Positions 21,108 to 30,937 are shown, numbered from the stretch's first letter. The stretch: DNA of 64,000 nucleotides from Calditrichia bacterium (GCA_963777955.1 CAVZSQ010000013.1:288001-352000); one strand, 5' to 3'. The notes: a model not told the origin generated them from the letters alone. Numbers and translations: made by a program.

Positions 21108-21914
21108 TTATTTGGTGTGCGCCGTCGCCAGCAGTGCATCTTCGACTTCCTGGACCAGTTCGCCGAAACGCTTGCTGCGCTTTGTCTGCCGATCCCGGTG
21201 AAACGGCAGATCGATGGCAATGTGTCTGACGATACTGGCCGGATTAACGCTCAGCACATAAATATCGTCGCCCAGGAATACCGCTTCCTGTATATCATGG
21301 GTCACAAAAATAATCGTACATTTCAGGTTATCCCATAATTCGGCCAGCATCAATTGCATTTTAAAGCGGGTGTTGGTGTCCAGAGCGCCGAATGGTTCAT
21401 CCATCAGGATAATTTCCGGATTACTGATCAGTGAACGGGCAATAGCCACACGCTGAAGTTGTCCCCCGGACAAGATAGGATACTGGGCATATTTCTTCTC
21501 ATGCCCTGCTAACCCGACAGTCTTAACCATCTCCATCGCTTTTCCGGCAGATTCCCTGCGGTCCACCCCTTTAATTTCCAGCGGCAGCATAATATTCTGC
21601 AGCACCGTCCGCCAGGGCAGCGATGAATACTGCTGGAAAACCATACTGATCGCTTCATTCGTACGGATCCGTTCATTTACAAAGACTTCGCCGCTGCTCG
21701 GTTCCTGCAGCCCGGCGATATAACGCAGCAGGGTGGATTTGCCGCAACCGCTCTCGCCAAGGATCACCACAAATTGACCCTGCTCAGGTTTATCCTCGAT
21801 CAGTAAATTCAGATCCCTGATTATATATGTTTTGCCCTGGTCATAGGTCTGGCTTATATTGCGCAGTTCAATTATATCTTTTAACTCGGTATTTACAAAC
21901 TCAACCTTATTCAT
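21108..21914 (-). CDS. NitT/TauT-type ABC transporter ATP-binding protein
   Basis: GESGCGKST, LSGGQLQRVAIAR, ILMDEPFGALD, VTHD. Confidence 0.92.
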   Translation of the reverse strand: MNKVEFVNTELKDIIELRNISQTYDQGKTYIIRDLNLLIEDKPEQGQFVVILGESGCGKSTLLRYIAGLQEPSSGEVFVNERIRTNEAISMVFQQYSSLPWRTVLQNIMLPLEIKGVDRRESAGKAMEMVKTVGLAGHEKKYAQYPILSGGQLQRVAIARSLISNPEIILMDEPFGALDTNTRFKMQLMLAELWDNLKCTIIFVTHDIQEAVFLGDDIYVLSVNPASIVRHIAIDLPFHRDRQTKRSKRFGELVQEVEDALLATAHTK

Positions 21915-22725
21915 TCCTGCCCCCTTTCGTGGCATACTTATGGGGGAAAAAGATTCGATCCAGCCCGGTAAAAATTTTATCCAGTACAATACCTATAACG
22001 ATGATGATCAGCAGGATTGCGAAGGCCTTGTCAGCCCGGCTTTGCCGGCCAAACAGATAAGCCATCGCGCCAAGACCGCCGGTCTTGTTGATCATCTCGG
22101 CGATAATGATATAAGTCCAGCTGATCGGAGCCAGGACCTTGATATCGTCAAAAGCCCGCGATAATACATCGGGGATGAATACTGTTTTGATGGTCTGCCA
22201 TTTGGTGGCGCCGAGAGTCTTGACTGTCTGTACATATACTTCGTTGACTTCATCCACCCTGACGATTACAGTTGGCAGAAGATATACGAATATACCTACA
22301 GCCAGGAAAGTTATTTTCATCAGATCTTCCAGTCCGAACCAGCGGATAAATACACCGATCAGCAGAGTCAGGGGTAGATAGCGGAACACGGCGATCTGCC
22401 GTTCGGTCAATCCGCGGAATAGCGGAAACAAGCCGATGATGAAACCCAGCGGCAGTGAAATAAAAACTGCCAGGTATAGTCCGGCCTGATTTAAATAAAG
22501 CGAATAGACGGCATTGCGCACCACCGCGTCCTGAAAATGAAGTTCCGGTAAACATTTCAGTACCTTCCAGGGGGAAGGGAAAATACCCGGCGGTACTTTG
22601 GTGAAGGTAACTATAGCCTGCCAGATCAGCAGGAACAGAATGACGCCGGCTATGAGCAGAATATTAAATTTCCGTTTATTCAAACTACCGCGTAATTCAA
22701 ATAACCCGGACAAATAATTTTTCAT
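21907..22725 (-). CDS. NitT/TauT-type ABC transporter permease
   Basis: FPSPWKV, VQTVKTLGAT (EAA loop), ISWTYIIIAEM..GGLG. Start placed at ATG 22725; the ORF extension upstream is a palindrome. Confidence 0.88.
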   Translation of the reverse strand: MKNYLSGLFELRGSLNKRKFNILLIAGVILFLLIWQAIVTFTKVPPGIFPSPWKVLKCLPELHFQDAVVRNAVYSLYLNQAGLYLAVFISLPLGFIIGLFPLFRGLTERQIAVFRYLPLTLLIGVFIRWFGLEDLMKITFLAVGIFVYLLPTVIVRVDEVNEVYVQTVKTLGATKWQTIKTVFIPDVLSRAFDDIKVLAPISWTYIIIAEMINKTGGLGAMAYLFGRQSRADKAFAILLIIIVIGIVLDKIFTGLDRIFFPHKYATKGGRNE

Positions 22726-22762
22726 ACATTTATCCTTAGATAACCAAATTTCCTGATATATA

Positions 22763-22855
22763 CTCTGCGACCTTTGTGCTTCCTTTGCGCGCGAAGCGTT
22801 TGCGTTTAAGTTTTTAAACGCAGTGGTCGCTAAGGAAAACGCAAAGGTCGCAGAG
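22763..22855. repeat. Long imperfect intergenic inverted repeat (REP-like)
   Basis: Nested arms CTCTGCGACCTTTG/CAAAGGTCGCAGAG, TTCCTT/AAGGAA, TGCGTTTAA/TTAAACGCA. Confidence 0.8.
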
Positions 22856-22878
22856 AATAAACAAAATAACAAATATGC

Positions 22879-24429
22879 TTATTGTAAAATTTCAAAATCA
22901 ACCCTGCGGTTTTTGGCCCGGCCGTCATCGGTATCATTGGTGGCTACCGGTACCGTTGAACCCTTGCCCTGAGTGATAAAACGGTTTGGATCAAATCCGT
23001 ATTTCTGTACCAGGTAACTTTTAACCGCATCTGCCCGGCGCCGGGATAAAGCCAGGTTCCCCTGATCACTCCCTACATTATCGGTATGCCCCACCAGGCG
23101 CACTCTGCTGCCGGCAAATTGACGGGCCACATCGGCAAAACCGATCTCAATGATCGTCTTGCCGTTCTGATCCAATTCCGAGCTGCCAAAGTTGAAAGTG
23201 ACCGAGAGGGTTTTCCTGGCAAAAGCATCGGCTTTGGTTTCAGTGGCGGAGGGGGTACTGAAAGCGATGCCCCCTTCGGCAGCATTCATTGCTCCGCTTA
23301 ACCTCGAATTCTGCACGAATGTACTGTTGGCTACCGAGCGCCAGGCCGGTACATTTTCCGGGGCCAGGTTGATGGCCAGGTACAGACGGGTCATCTTACT
23401 GTAAATCTCCTGCCCGGTCATTCCGCTGTAACCCGAATTCAGATTAAAGTAATTTGCATTATCGCCATTAGTGCAAAAACGTACTTTGCTCATCATGAAC
23501 AAAGCATCATCTTTACTCATCTGCATGCCGGCGGCCAGAATTCCCGCGGCTTTATCACGGAAAGCCTGATTGGTGTTGGCTTCGGCATTGGCGGTCATCC
23601 AGCCATCATATAATTTCTGCATGGCCTCGCGGTTTTTTTCAATAAAAGATTCCTTGGCGAAGAACATATCTACAATCGCCTCGGTTACCTGCTCGGTGCT
23701 TTTTAAAATATGCGAGCCTTTTACCGACTTCAGACAATTAAGGTCATCAGGACTCCACACCACCGCAGCATCAACCTGTCCATTCATGAAATATTTAGCT
23801 GCTTCAATCGTGCTGCTGACTTTAACCACCTGGATCTGATTGTACTCCACCTGGTCAGCCTGCAGCATGATCATATAAAAAGAGTGGGAGGGCGAGCCTT
23901 CGCACAGGGCTACTTTCTTTCCGACCAGGTCACGGATGGAGCGAATTTCGTTAGCGGCAACGAATACATCGGCGCCGCGGCTCTTACTGGAAGCCCAGAC
24001 CGCCCGCGGTTGATCATCCAGCAATCCACTGGCATCCAGCGGGTACATATCCTGGGTAGAAGCCAGGACATCCACTTTGTCATTCTGCCAGGCTACCCGC
24101 GCTGCCGGTACATCGTTGATTACCGTGAATTTTACCAGTATGCCATATTGCGTATAAAAACGGCTCTCTTTATTCGCTTCATACCCGTTATTGAAACCAA
24201 TCGCCGGGGCATAGCCGGGATAATCGACAATACATACGTTGATCATCGGCAGACCGCCGCTCTTCACATCTTTCTGCAAATCTTCCGATAAAATACTCTT
24301 GGTTTCCCGTCCCTTGGGGATTAGTACGTCCTTGTACTTCATGAACAACCAGACAGCCAGGGCCATTATGCCGAAAATTAAGATAAATTTTACAGCCGGA
24401 TTCAAACCCGTTCTTCTTTCCATGACCAT
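22879..24429 (-). CDS. NMT1/THI5-like ABC substrate-binding domain fused to C-terminal OmpA-like peptidoglycan-binding domain
   Basis: N-terminal TM anchor; SRGADVFVA..SIRDLVGKKVA, VDAAVVWSPD; FNFGSSEL..GHTDNVG..NLALSRRRA..KNRRVDF. Confidence 0.88.
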   Translation of the reverse strand: MVMERRTGLNPAVKFILIFGIMALAVWLFMKYKDVLIPKGRETKSILSEDLQKDVKSGGLPMINVCIVDYPGYAPAIGFNNGYEANKESRFYTQYGILVKFTVINDVPAARVAWQNDKVDVLASTQDMYPLDASGLLDDQPRAVWASSKSRGADVFVAANEIRSIRDLVGKKVALCEGSPSHSFYMIMLQADQVEYNQIQVVKVSSTIEAAKYFMNGQVDAAVVWSPDDLNCLKSVKGSHILKSTEQVTEAIVDMFFAKESFIEKNREAMQKLYDGWMTANAEANTNQAFRDKAAGILAAGMQMSKDDALFMMSKVRFCTNGDNANYFNLNSGYSGMTGQEIYSKMTRLYLAINLAPENVPAWRSVANSTFVQNSRLSGAMNAAEGGIAFSTPSATETKADAFARKTLSVTFNFGSSELDQNGKTIIEIGFADVARQFAGSRVRLVGHTDNVGSDQGNLALSRRRADAVKSYLVQKYGFDPNRFITQGKGSTVPVATNDTDDGRAKNRRVDFEILQ

Positions 24430-24550
24430 AACTCACACTCCTTCTTTTAAAACTTAAAAAATATATAGTATAATTTATATATTTCTGCATCCACTCTTAA
24501 GCGAATTCCAGGCAACGCTCATTTGCTGTACTTTATACCCATGGCTTACT

Positions 24551-25603
24551 TTATTCGATAAAGCGGCTATATTTATTCTCCGACTGTTGTTCCTTTTTTT
24601 TCGCCATAACTTCTTCTTTGGTTACCTGGTGCAATGGTGCATCCAGATCCAGTTTATCCGCTTCATCGGCTGACTTTAACAGCAACACTTCCTTTTGATC
24701 GCCCAGAACCAGCGAATCTGTTTTCTGCTCCCAGTTTTCCAGTTCCTTGAGAGCATCTTCTTCATAGATCCCATTCTGCAAATCCACTGATTCAATGAAG
24801 CCCTGGGAAATATCCATGAAATGTTCGATCTCGCCAAGTTTCTGGCCATAGTCTTCGGCCATATATTCCAGGGTCTGGTCGAACAGTTCCTTGGCATCAG
24901 GATCACCCTGGATAACTTTTTGTGCTTTTTTAAACACCGAGTAGCCCTGCAGTATCATTTTCCGTTCACGGATCTTTACTTCCACTTCATCCGACAGATC
25001 TTCGTACCAGAATTGTGCCGCCTCCAGCATCTTGCTTAAAACCCGGTACAGTGTTTCCATCTTTACATACAGATTTTTATAAGTAAGATTGGATTCCTGC
25101 AGACGTCCGGCTCTGCGGGCTTTGAGCACAAAGGCTGATTTCTTCCCTCGCTCCTGGGCAATTTTAGCCGCTTTCAGGGATTCCTCGCGCACCTGGTCGT
25201 TCTTTCTCATCTCCTCCTGCAGCGTGCGCATCTGTCCCCGCAGTGCCCCCAGTTGCTCCGTCATGTCACGAATATTGCGCTCCAGATCGGACACATAATT
25301 TCTCAGGATGCCGATCGGATCGATGGTTATGAAGACACTGGTGATTGCCCTCATGACACTTTTAAACATATACTTGACCAGATTGCGAACCCGTCTATCC
25401 GTGACGAGGAAAATGATCAGGCCCAGAGCACCGGCCAGGAAAATGGTGTGCAGGGTATTCTGCAGCAGCGTGATCACCCAGGGCAGAATGGCGCTGAATC
25501 CGTACACGCCTGCTCCGATTAGCAGGGCCAGAATGATCATGCCCGTCGTGCCCTCTTTTTTACTCCAGAAACTTTTCAATTGTACATTTTGACTGGGATC
25601 CAT
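24551..25603 (-). CDS. Membrane-anchored coiled-coil protein, PspA/IM30-like
   Basis: Two N-terminal hydrophobic helices, then IDPIGILRNYVSDL (compare PspA EDPxxxLxQ) and long heptad helices. Confidence 0.6.
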   Translation of the reverse strand: MDPSQNVQLKSFWSKKEGTTGMIILALLIGAGVYGFSAILPWVITLLQNTLHTIFLAGALGLIIFLVTDRRVRNLVKYMFKSVMRAITSVFITIDPIGILRNYVSDLERNIRDMTEQLGALRGQMRTLQEEMRKNDQVREESLKAAKIAQERGKKSAFVLKARRAGRLQESNLTYKNLYVKMETLYRVLSKMLEAAQFWYEDLSDEVEVKIRERKMILQGYSVFKKAQKVIQGDPDAKELFDQTLEYMAEDYGQKLGEIEHFMDISQGFIESVDLQNGIYEEDALKELENWEQKTDSLVLGDQKEVLLLKSADEADKLDLDAPLHQVTKEEVMAKKKEQQSENKYSRFIE

Positions 25604-25651
25604 GGAAACACCTCCTGGTATAAAATAATTCTATATTGTTTGAATTTAGCC

Positions 25652-26350
25652 TTACATGTTTTTAAGATATGTCAGCAGTTTATTTTTCTTGGCGATCAGA
25701 ATTTCCTGAACGGCCGTCATGGCCAGATCAAATTTCTCACTGCCCCGTTTAATATTCTCCGCAAGTTTTTTACTAAGATCAGTCTTGGTTTGTTTACTGT
25801 TTTCCAGTTCCTGTATCTCTCTTTTTAAATCGACAATTTTTTCATCGATATGGGCCATGTCTATTTTAAGTTGTTCGACTTCTTCGTTTTTAGTTTTGAT
25901 ACTTTCTAAAAAATCCGCCTTTTCAATTTTCAGGGCTCCGATCTGTTCATCAGCAGCAGCCAGCAGTTCTTTTACCGTCAGCGGGGCTGATTTCTTGGCA
26001 GCAGCAAAAGCTGCTTTGAAACGGCTTGCTTCATCCGGAATAATGCCATCGAAAGTCTTGACAAAACTTTCAAAATTGGTCAGGGCGGTCCCCAGTTCTG
26101 TGGCAGCTTGTAAAATCGCATTTACCAGATTTTCATCTGCTTTCACGGTTGAAGCCGTTCTGGGTAAAGGTTTTTGAATTACTGTCTGTGTTACCTGCGG
26201 GGTAGAGATCTGCGACTTTTGCGGAGTATCCGGCGCTGTGGCCTCAGGAGTCTGCTCTGCGGGCACTTCTTCATGGGTAAAGAGCATATTCTCCACTGCA
26301 TTGCCCAGGCGGCGGAAGACACTACCCTTTGAATCATTTTGATCAGCCAT
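25652..26350 (-). CDS. Hypothetical coiled-coil protein
   Basis: 232 aa with GGAGG RBS; amphipathic N-terminus, Pro/Thr-rich linker, C-terminal coiled coil; first gene of the operon. Confidence 0.75.
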   Translation of the reverse strand: MADQNDSKGSVFRRLGNAVENMLFTHEEVPAEQTPEATAPDTPQKSQISTPQVTQTVIQKPLPRTASTVKADENLVNAILQAATELGTALTNFESFVKTFDGIIPDEASRFKAAFAAAKKSAPLTVKELLAAADEQIGALKIEKADFLESIKTKNEEVEQLKIDMAHIDEKIVDLKREIQELENSKQTKTDLSKKLAENIKRGSEKFDLAMTAVQEILIAKKNKLLTYLKNM

Positions 26351-26474
26351 CGTTGAACCCTCCCCAAGAAGTTCAATTACATAAATTTAGAACAAAAAAT
26401 CAATTCTGCAAAGCAGAAGTTTACAATGTAAGGAATTTACGTAATTGTCGGGTCAACGTTGCATAAAATATGCG

Positions 26475-26509
26475 ACCACCTCCGAGGTTCCGATAACCTC
26501 GGAGGTGGT
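26475..26509. repeat. REP-like perfect hairpin
   Basis: ACCACCTCCGAGGTT-CCGAT-AACCTCGGAGGTGGT, 15-bp perfect stem. Confidence 0.8.
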
Positions 26510-26514
26510 TAACT

Positions 26515-26895
26515 CTAAGGCAAGGCCAGCAGCGTATTCTTGAATTCCTTGACCAGGATACGTAATTGTTCCTGGCTTTTAAATGAATTATAGCGTTCAA
26601 TGGTACTGAAGGGCAGAAATTGTACAGCGGCAAAGGTCAGATTACTGCTTTCCTGCGCCGTTATCCGGACACAGGTTGCTTTAACTGTAATTCTTTCTTT
26701 GGATGGGATCAATATTTCCAGTTCGATAATATCACCCGGTTTGATGTCATGATTAACCTGAAAACTGGCACTGTTCTGAGCCATATCCTTCATGGGCGTA
26801 ATATCGCCGGTCCCGGAAGACAACCGGTACTTGATCTTCGCATTCGGCACCTTATATCGATCGGCATGTCGCCGATCCAGATCATATAAATACAT
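26515..26895 (-). CDS. PilZ domain protein
   Basis: DRRHADRY (RxxxR) and KDMAQNSASF (degenerate DxSxxG); ITVKATCVR..AAVQF. Confidence 0.7.
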   Translation of the reverse strand: MYLYDLDRRHADRYKVPNAKIKYRLSSGTGDITPMKDMAQNSASFQVNHDIKPGDIIELEILIPSKERITVKATCVRITAQESSNLTFAAVQFLPFSTIERYNSFKSQEQLRILVKEFKNTLLALP

Positions 26896-27153
26896 ACCTC
26901 TTTCCTAAGTCTTGTCCGGAGACCCTGACAGATACTTTACCCTATCTACCTTGCATAATAATACACCCCTATGCAGAAATAGTGATGCAGGTCACTTCTA
27001 TTCATTTTTTTAAGTCTAGTCCCTTGTTTTGCTACAGCAGTTGAAAAAATAATATGTATTTTTTTTATGCAGATATAATTGATTTATGTATATTGTTAAA
27101 TATCATTTGATAATTCTTAATAACATAATAGATAGATTAAACCAGGAGGTGCA

Positions 27154-27615
27154 ATGAAAATCATCATTTTTTCGCTTATCTTTTTAATCCTTGCCGGGTG
27201 CTCAAGCAGGCTTGTTACCTTTGAGCAATATTCGGTAGCCATGAATCTGAAAGTCGAAGCCGACAGTTCGGTCTATATCGGTAGTGACGAGATATTCAGC
27301 GGTGTATTATGGCTAAATCCAATCCTGCTGCAGGAAAGAAGTACAGTTAACGAGGTGAAACTGATCCAGAATTTCGGCAAATATTATGTCTGCGCCGATA
27401 ATTTCAAGAATGTCTGGCTGATCGAACCAAAAAGCGATGGGCTGTCGGCCAATTATAAAGCCTTGGATGTCACTCCCAAAGATACCAGCGATGTCTATAA
27501 TGATGTGGGATTCTCACGCTACGGATCGAAAGATAAAACCTGCGTTAAATTCAGATATAACAAACAGGAAATTTTTATAGACAGGAAGGGCAAAATCAAT
27601 GAAGAATGTAAATAA
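27154..27615 (+). CDS. Hypothetical lipoprotein
   Basis: AGGAGG RBS; MKIIIFSLIFLILAGC lipobox. Confidence 0.8.
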   Translation: MKIIIFSLIFLILAGCSSRLVTFEQYSVAMNLKVEADSSVYIGSDEIFSGVLWLNPILLQERSTVNEVKLIQNFGKYYVCADNFKNVWLIEPKSDGLSANYKALDVTPKDTSDVYNDVGFSRYGSKDKTCVKFRYNKQEIFIDRKGKINEECK

Positions 27616-28717
27616 AATAGCGATAGTTTTATTGATCTTATTCCTGGGATCTACCCTGTTAGCCCAGGATATTGAACAACTGTATGAACAGGCCAGGTCA
27701 AGCTTGCTGGCCGGTGATTATCAAAAGGCCGCGGCACTGGTAGCCGATGCCCAGCAAAGGATCCAACTCGATCCCAACCTGGATCCTAACGGGGCTTATA
27801 CTAAGAAACTCCTGCCCAGGCTGGAACAGGCGGCCGATAATATGTCCGAAATTGCCAAAGCCCTGGATACTCTTTATCAAACCACCCAGACCGGCATGGT
27901 TCTTCCGGACTTGCCCCCTTCTACTGAAGCCGTCAACCAATATACCACCCTGGTGAAAGACAAGAGCCGGCAACTCCTGGCCAAACGTGATTCTATTCTG
28001 GCCAGTCATGAACTTGATCCCGAATTCCGCGAGGCCATCCGTAAAGTCCAGAATTATACCCAGGTCGAACAATATGCTACCAGCGGAATCATTCAGCAAC
28101 TGTCGGATAAATTTACCGTTATTGCCGTGGTGCTTACCGATTCCCTGAAATCCCTTGACTTGCGCTACCAGGAACTCACCGCTCAACTTGAAAAAATGAA
28201 AAAATCCGCCACAGCCAGCCGGGCTGACCGGGATAAGTTGCAGGCACAATTAACTCAGTTATCCCAGGAACGTCTGAATTACATGAATACCATATCAGAA
28301 ATGCTGATCGGTGAACCGACTCCGGAAAATGAACAGATGCGCACGGCCCTGATTAATAACAATCTGGAAAATGTATTCAGCAGTGTGATTCAAAATGAAA
28401 CCAGCCGCGTGCAGACACTTGAACAGGTTGACTCAACCGGTTATAAAGAACTGGTCAAACAATTTGACCGCCTCAAGAACTATAACCAGATTTTCGTTAA
28501 AAACAATATAGCGCAGGACCAGGCAGGATTATTAATCCAATATGAAGCAGCCATCAAGAATGTAAAGGTTCTGACTCCGACTAAATTTAATTTCTGGTTA
28601 TGGATAATATTGCCGCTGGCGATTATCATGCTGGTAATCATCATTTATCGCATCCTCAAAATCGTACCAAAGGGATCGGAGCCCCCTCCGCCCCCCGCTG
28701 CTAAACCGCAGCCATAA
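27599..28717 (+). CDS. Hypothetical exported helical/coiled-coil protein with C-terminal TM anchor and Pro-rich tail
   Basis: Signal peptide, TPR-like first helices, heptads, FWLWIILPLAIIMLVIIIY then EPPPPP; overlaps the previous gene. Confidence 0.78.
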   Translation: MKNVNKIAIVLLILFLGSTLLAQDIEQLYEQARSSLLAGDYQKAAALVADAQQRIQLDPNLDPNGAYTKKLLPRLEQAADNMSEIAKALDTLYQTTQTGMVLPDLPPSTEAVNQYTTLVKDKSRQLLAKRDSILASHELDPEFREAIRKVQNYTQVEQYATSGIIQQLSDKFTVIAVVLTDSLKSLDLRYQELTAQLEKMKKSATASRADRDKLQAQLTQLSQERLNYMNTISEMLIGEPTPENEQMRTALINNNLENVFSSVIQNETSRVQTLEQVDSTGYKELVKQFDRLKNYNQIFVKNNIAQDQAGLLIQYEAAIKNVKVLTPTKFNFWLWIILPLAIIMLVIIIYRILKIVPKGSEPPPPPAAKPQP

Positions 28718-28739
28718 TTACCTGAACTGAATATCAAGC

Positions 28740-28778
28740 AGGCCTTACAATATCTGGAATTTTGTAAGGCCTTTTTTA
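28740..28778 (+). terminator. Intrinsic terminator
   Basis: AGGCCTTACAA...TTGTAAGGCCT followed by a T-run. Confidence 0.8.
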
Positions 28779-28949
28779 TTGTCGATTTGTACTAAACTGT
28801 AAGCCCTAGTACGACGATAATTGCATATAGACTTCAAACTTAACTTTATATGATTACGACTGAGCACAACCTGACTTGAGAATTGACAATATCCATATGT
28901 TTAATGCATTTTAGCAGATAGTGCAGTCCGAAAGGACAGCGGAGGTTTT

Positions 28950-30887
28950 ATGACTGAAGTGAAGAAGACACTAAAAACTTCAATTAAAAAAGCAAAACCT
29001 GCCAAACCCGCAGCGAAAGTCAGCAAAGATCAGCCCGGGAATGTACAACAGCTGATCGAGAAACTTGAGGCAGAAAAAATCATGTTTCGTGGTTTGCTCG
29101 ACACCATTCCCGATGTTATTTATTTTAAAGACCGCCAGAGCAGATTCCTGATGGTCAGCAAGGCCGGCATAGCCAAGTTCGGTGTTAAAGATATGGATTT
29201 CCTGTACGGAAAAACCGATTTTGATATTTTTACTTCCGAACATGCGCAGGACGCCTATAATGACGAACAAAATATTATTGTAACCGGTACGCCGATTATT
29301 AACAAAGAAGAAAAAGAAACCTGGGAGGATGGCAAAATAACCTGGTGTTCATCATCCAAGGTTCCTTTACGGGACACCCGTAATAATATTAGCGGTATCG
29401 TCGGCATATCGCGTGACATTACCGAGAAAAAAGAGACCGAGGCAAAACTTAACCGCTATCGCGAAAATCTGGAACTGGCCAAACGCGAGACGGATATGAT
29501 CCTGGCTAATCTGGAGGGAGGATTATTTCTGCTGGATCGCGACCTGACCATCGGTTCACAACATTCCGCAGAATTGAATTCCATCTTTGAAGAAACGGAT
29601 CTGGCCAACAACAACTTCCTGGTCATACTGCAGAACAAGGTCAACGATCCGACTCTGGAAGCAACACGCTCGTATCTGGAACTGCTGCTGGAAGATGAAA
29701 AGGATGAGGAATTGTTCAAGGACCTGAATCCCCTGGTTGAAATATCGACTGCTATTAACCAGAAAACTAAATTCTTAACTTATAAGTTTCGGCGGATTAA
29801 AAATAAAGAGAATAAGACGACCGGCCTGATCGCCACGGTTAATGATGTCACCAAGGAAGTCATGCTGCTGCGCTCCCTGGAGGAAGAAAAAGCCCAGAGC
29901 AAAAAGAAGATGGATTGGATGCTGTGCATCCTGAATATCGATCCCTCGCTGCTGAAAGATTTTGTCGTCAGCGTTGAAGAGGAAATGAGCCACGTCGATG
30001 GCGCCCTGCAAACCTTGATTCAAAACCAGAAACAGGATGATGTCCTGGATGGTATTTACAGATCCATTCATACCATCAAAGGTAATGCCAGTCTGCTGGA
30101 GTTGAATTTTCTGGCTGACCAGGCCCATCTGGCCGAGGAGACGGTTAATATCCTCAGAAAAAAAATACAGATCATGCGCGAAGATAAGAAGAAACTTTCC
30201 AACGAAGTCCAGGGTATCCATAAAACATATGAAGAGTTAAAAGGTTTGATTGATCAAATCAGTAAAATACATGATCAATTCCGGCCCAAGCGCAGTTATG
30301 AACATCAGCGCCTGATCGATTCCTTAAATAGATTGATCGAAACCCTGGCCAAACAATACAAGAAAAGTGCTACTCTCGATCATGATAAATTGGTCGGGGA
30401 TACGATTCCTTATCAATACCGGCTGGTAATTCGCGACATTCTGGTCCAATTTGTACGTAATTCCATGTATCACGGCATTGAAACCATCGCCGACCGGAAA
30501 AAATCTGGCAAAACGGAGAATGGGAAAATAGTTGTTTCGGGTAAATTAACCGACAGCAGTTTTGTACTGTGTTTTGAAGATGACGGGCATGGATTGGATC
30601 TGAACAAGTTAAAAAAGAAAATCCTTGATTCCGGCAGGCGGACAGCAGCGGAAATCGATAAACTGAGCACAATGGAATTGACCCAGGGAATATTCATGCC
30701 AGGCGTATCGACAGCGGACAGTGCCGACCTGACTGCGGGTCGCGGATATGGTTTGGACATTGTAAAACAGAAAATCGAAAAAATCGGTGGTACGGTTAAA
30801 GTCGAATCAAAACAAAATGAATTTACCCGGTTTATAGTCACTTTTCCCCTGGCCGCGGCAAATAAAACTGTGACTGCCTCAGTGTAA
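28950..30887 (+). CDS. PAS/PAC-Hpt-HATPase CheA-like histidine kinase
   Basis: PDVIYFKD..GKTDFDIF..GIVGISRDITE (PAS/PAC); RSIHTIKGNA (Hpt); VRNSMYHGIE, DDGHGLD, IFMPGVST, GRGYGLDIV (CheA-type ATPase). Confidence 0.85.
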   Translation: MTEVKKTLKTSIKKAKPAKPAAKVSKDQPGNVQQLIEKLEAEKIMFRGLLDTIPDVIYFKDRQSRFLMVSKAGIAKFGVKDMDFLYGKTDFDIFTSEHAQDAYNDEQNIIVTGTPIINKEEKETWEDGKITWCSSSKVPLRDTRNNISGIVGISRDITEKKETEAKLNRYRENLELAKRETDMILANLEGGLFLLDRDLTIGSQHSAELNSIFEETDLANNNFLVILQNKVNDPTLEATRSYLELLLEDEKDEELFKDLNPLVEISTAINQKTKFLTYKFRRIKNKENKTTGLIATVNDVTKEVMLLRSLEEEKAQSKKKMDWMLCILNIDPSLLKDFVVSVEEEMSHVDGALQTLIQNQKQDDVLDGIYRSIHTIKGNASLLELNFLADQAHLAEETVNILRKKIQIMREDKKKLSNEVQGIHKTYEELKGLIDQISKIHDQFRPKRSYEHQRLIDSLNRLIETLAKQYKKSATLDHDKLVGDTIPYQYRLVIRDILVQFVRNSMYHGIETIADRKKSGKTENGKIVVSGKLTDSSFVLCFEDDGHGLDLNKLKKKILDSGRRTAAEIDKLSTMELTQGIFMPGVSTADSADLTAGRGYGLDIVKQKIEKIGGTVKVESKQNEFTRFIVTFPLAAANKTVTASV

Positions 30888-30937
30888 ATACTATTTTGAA
30901 AGCGGGTAATACACCCACGCCATAAATATATTTTACT

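Noticed and set aside
22726..22872. N-terminal extension of the permease ORF
   Set aside because: It translates the palindrome; a better ATG with an RBS lies at 22725.
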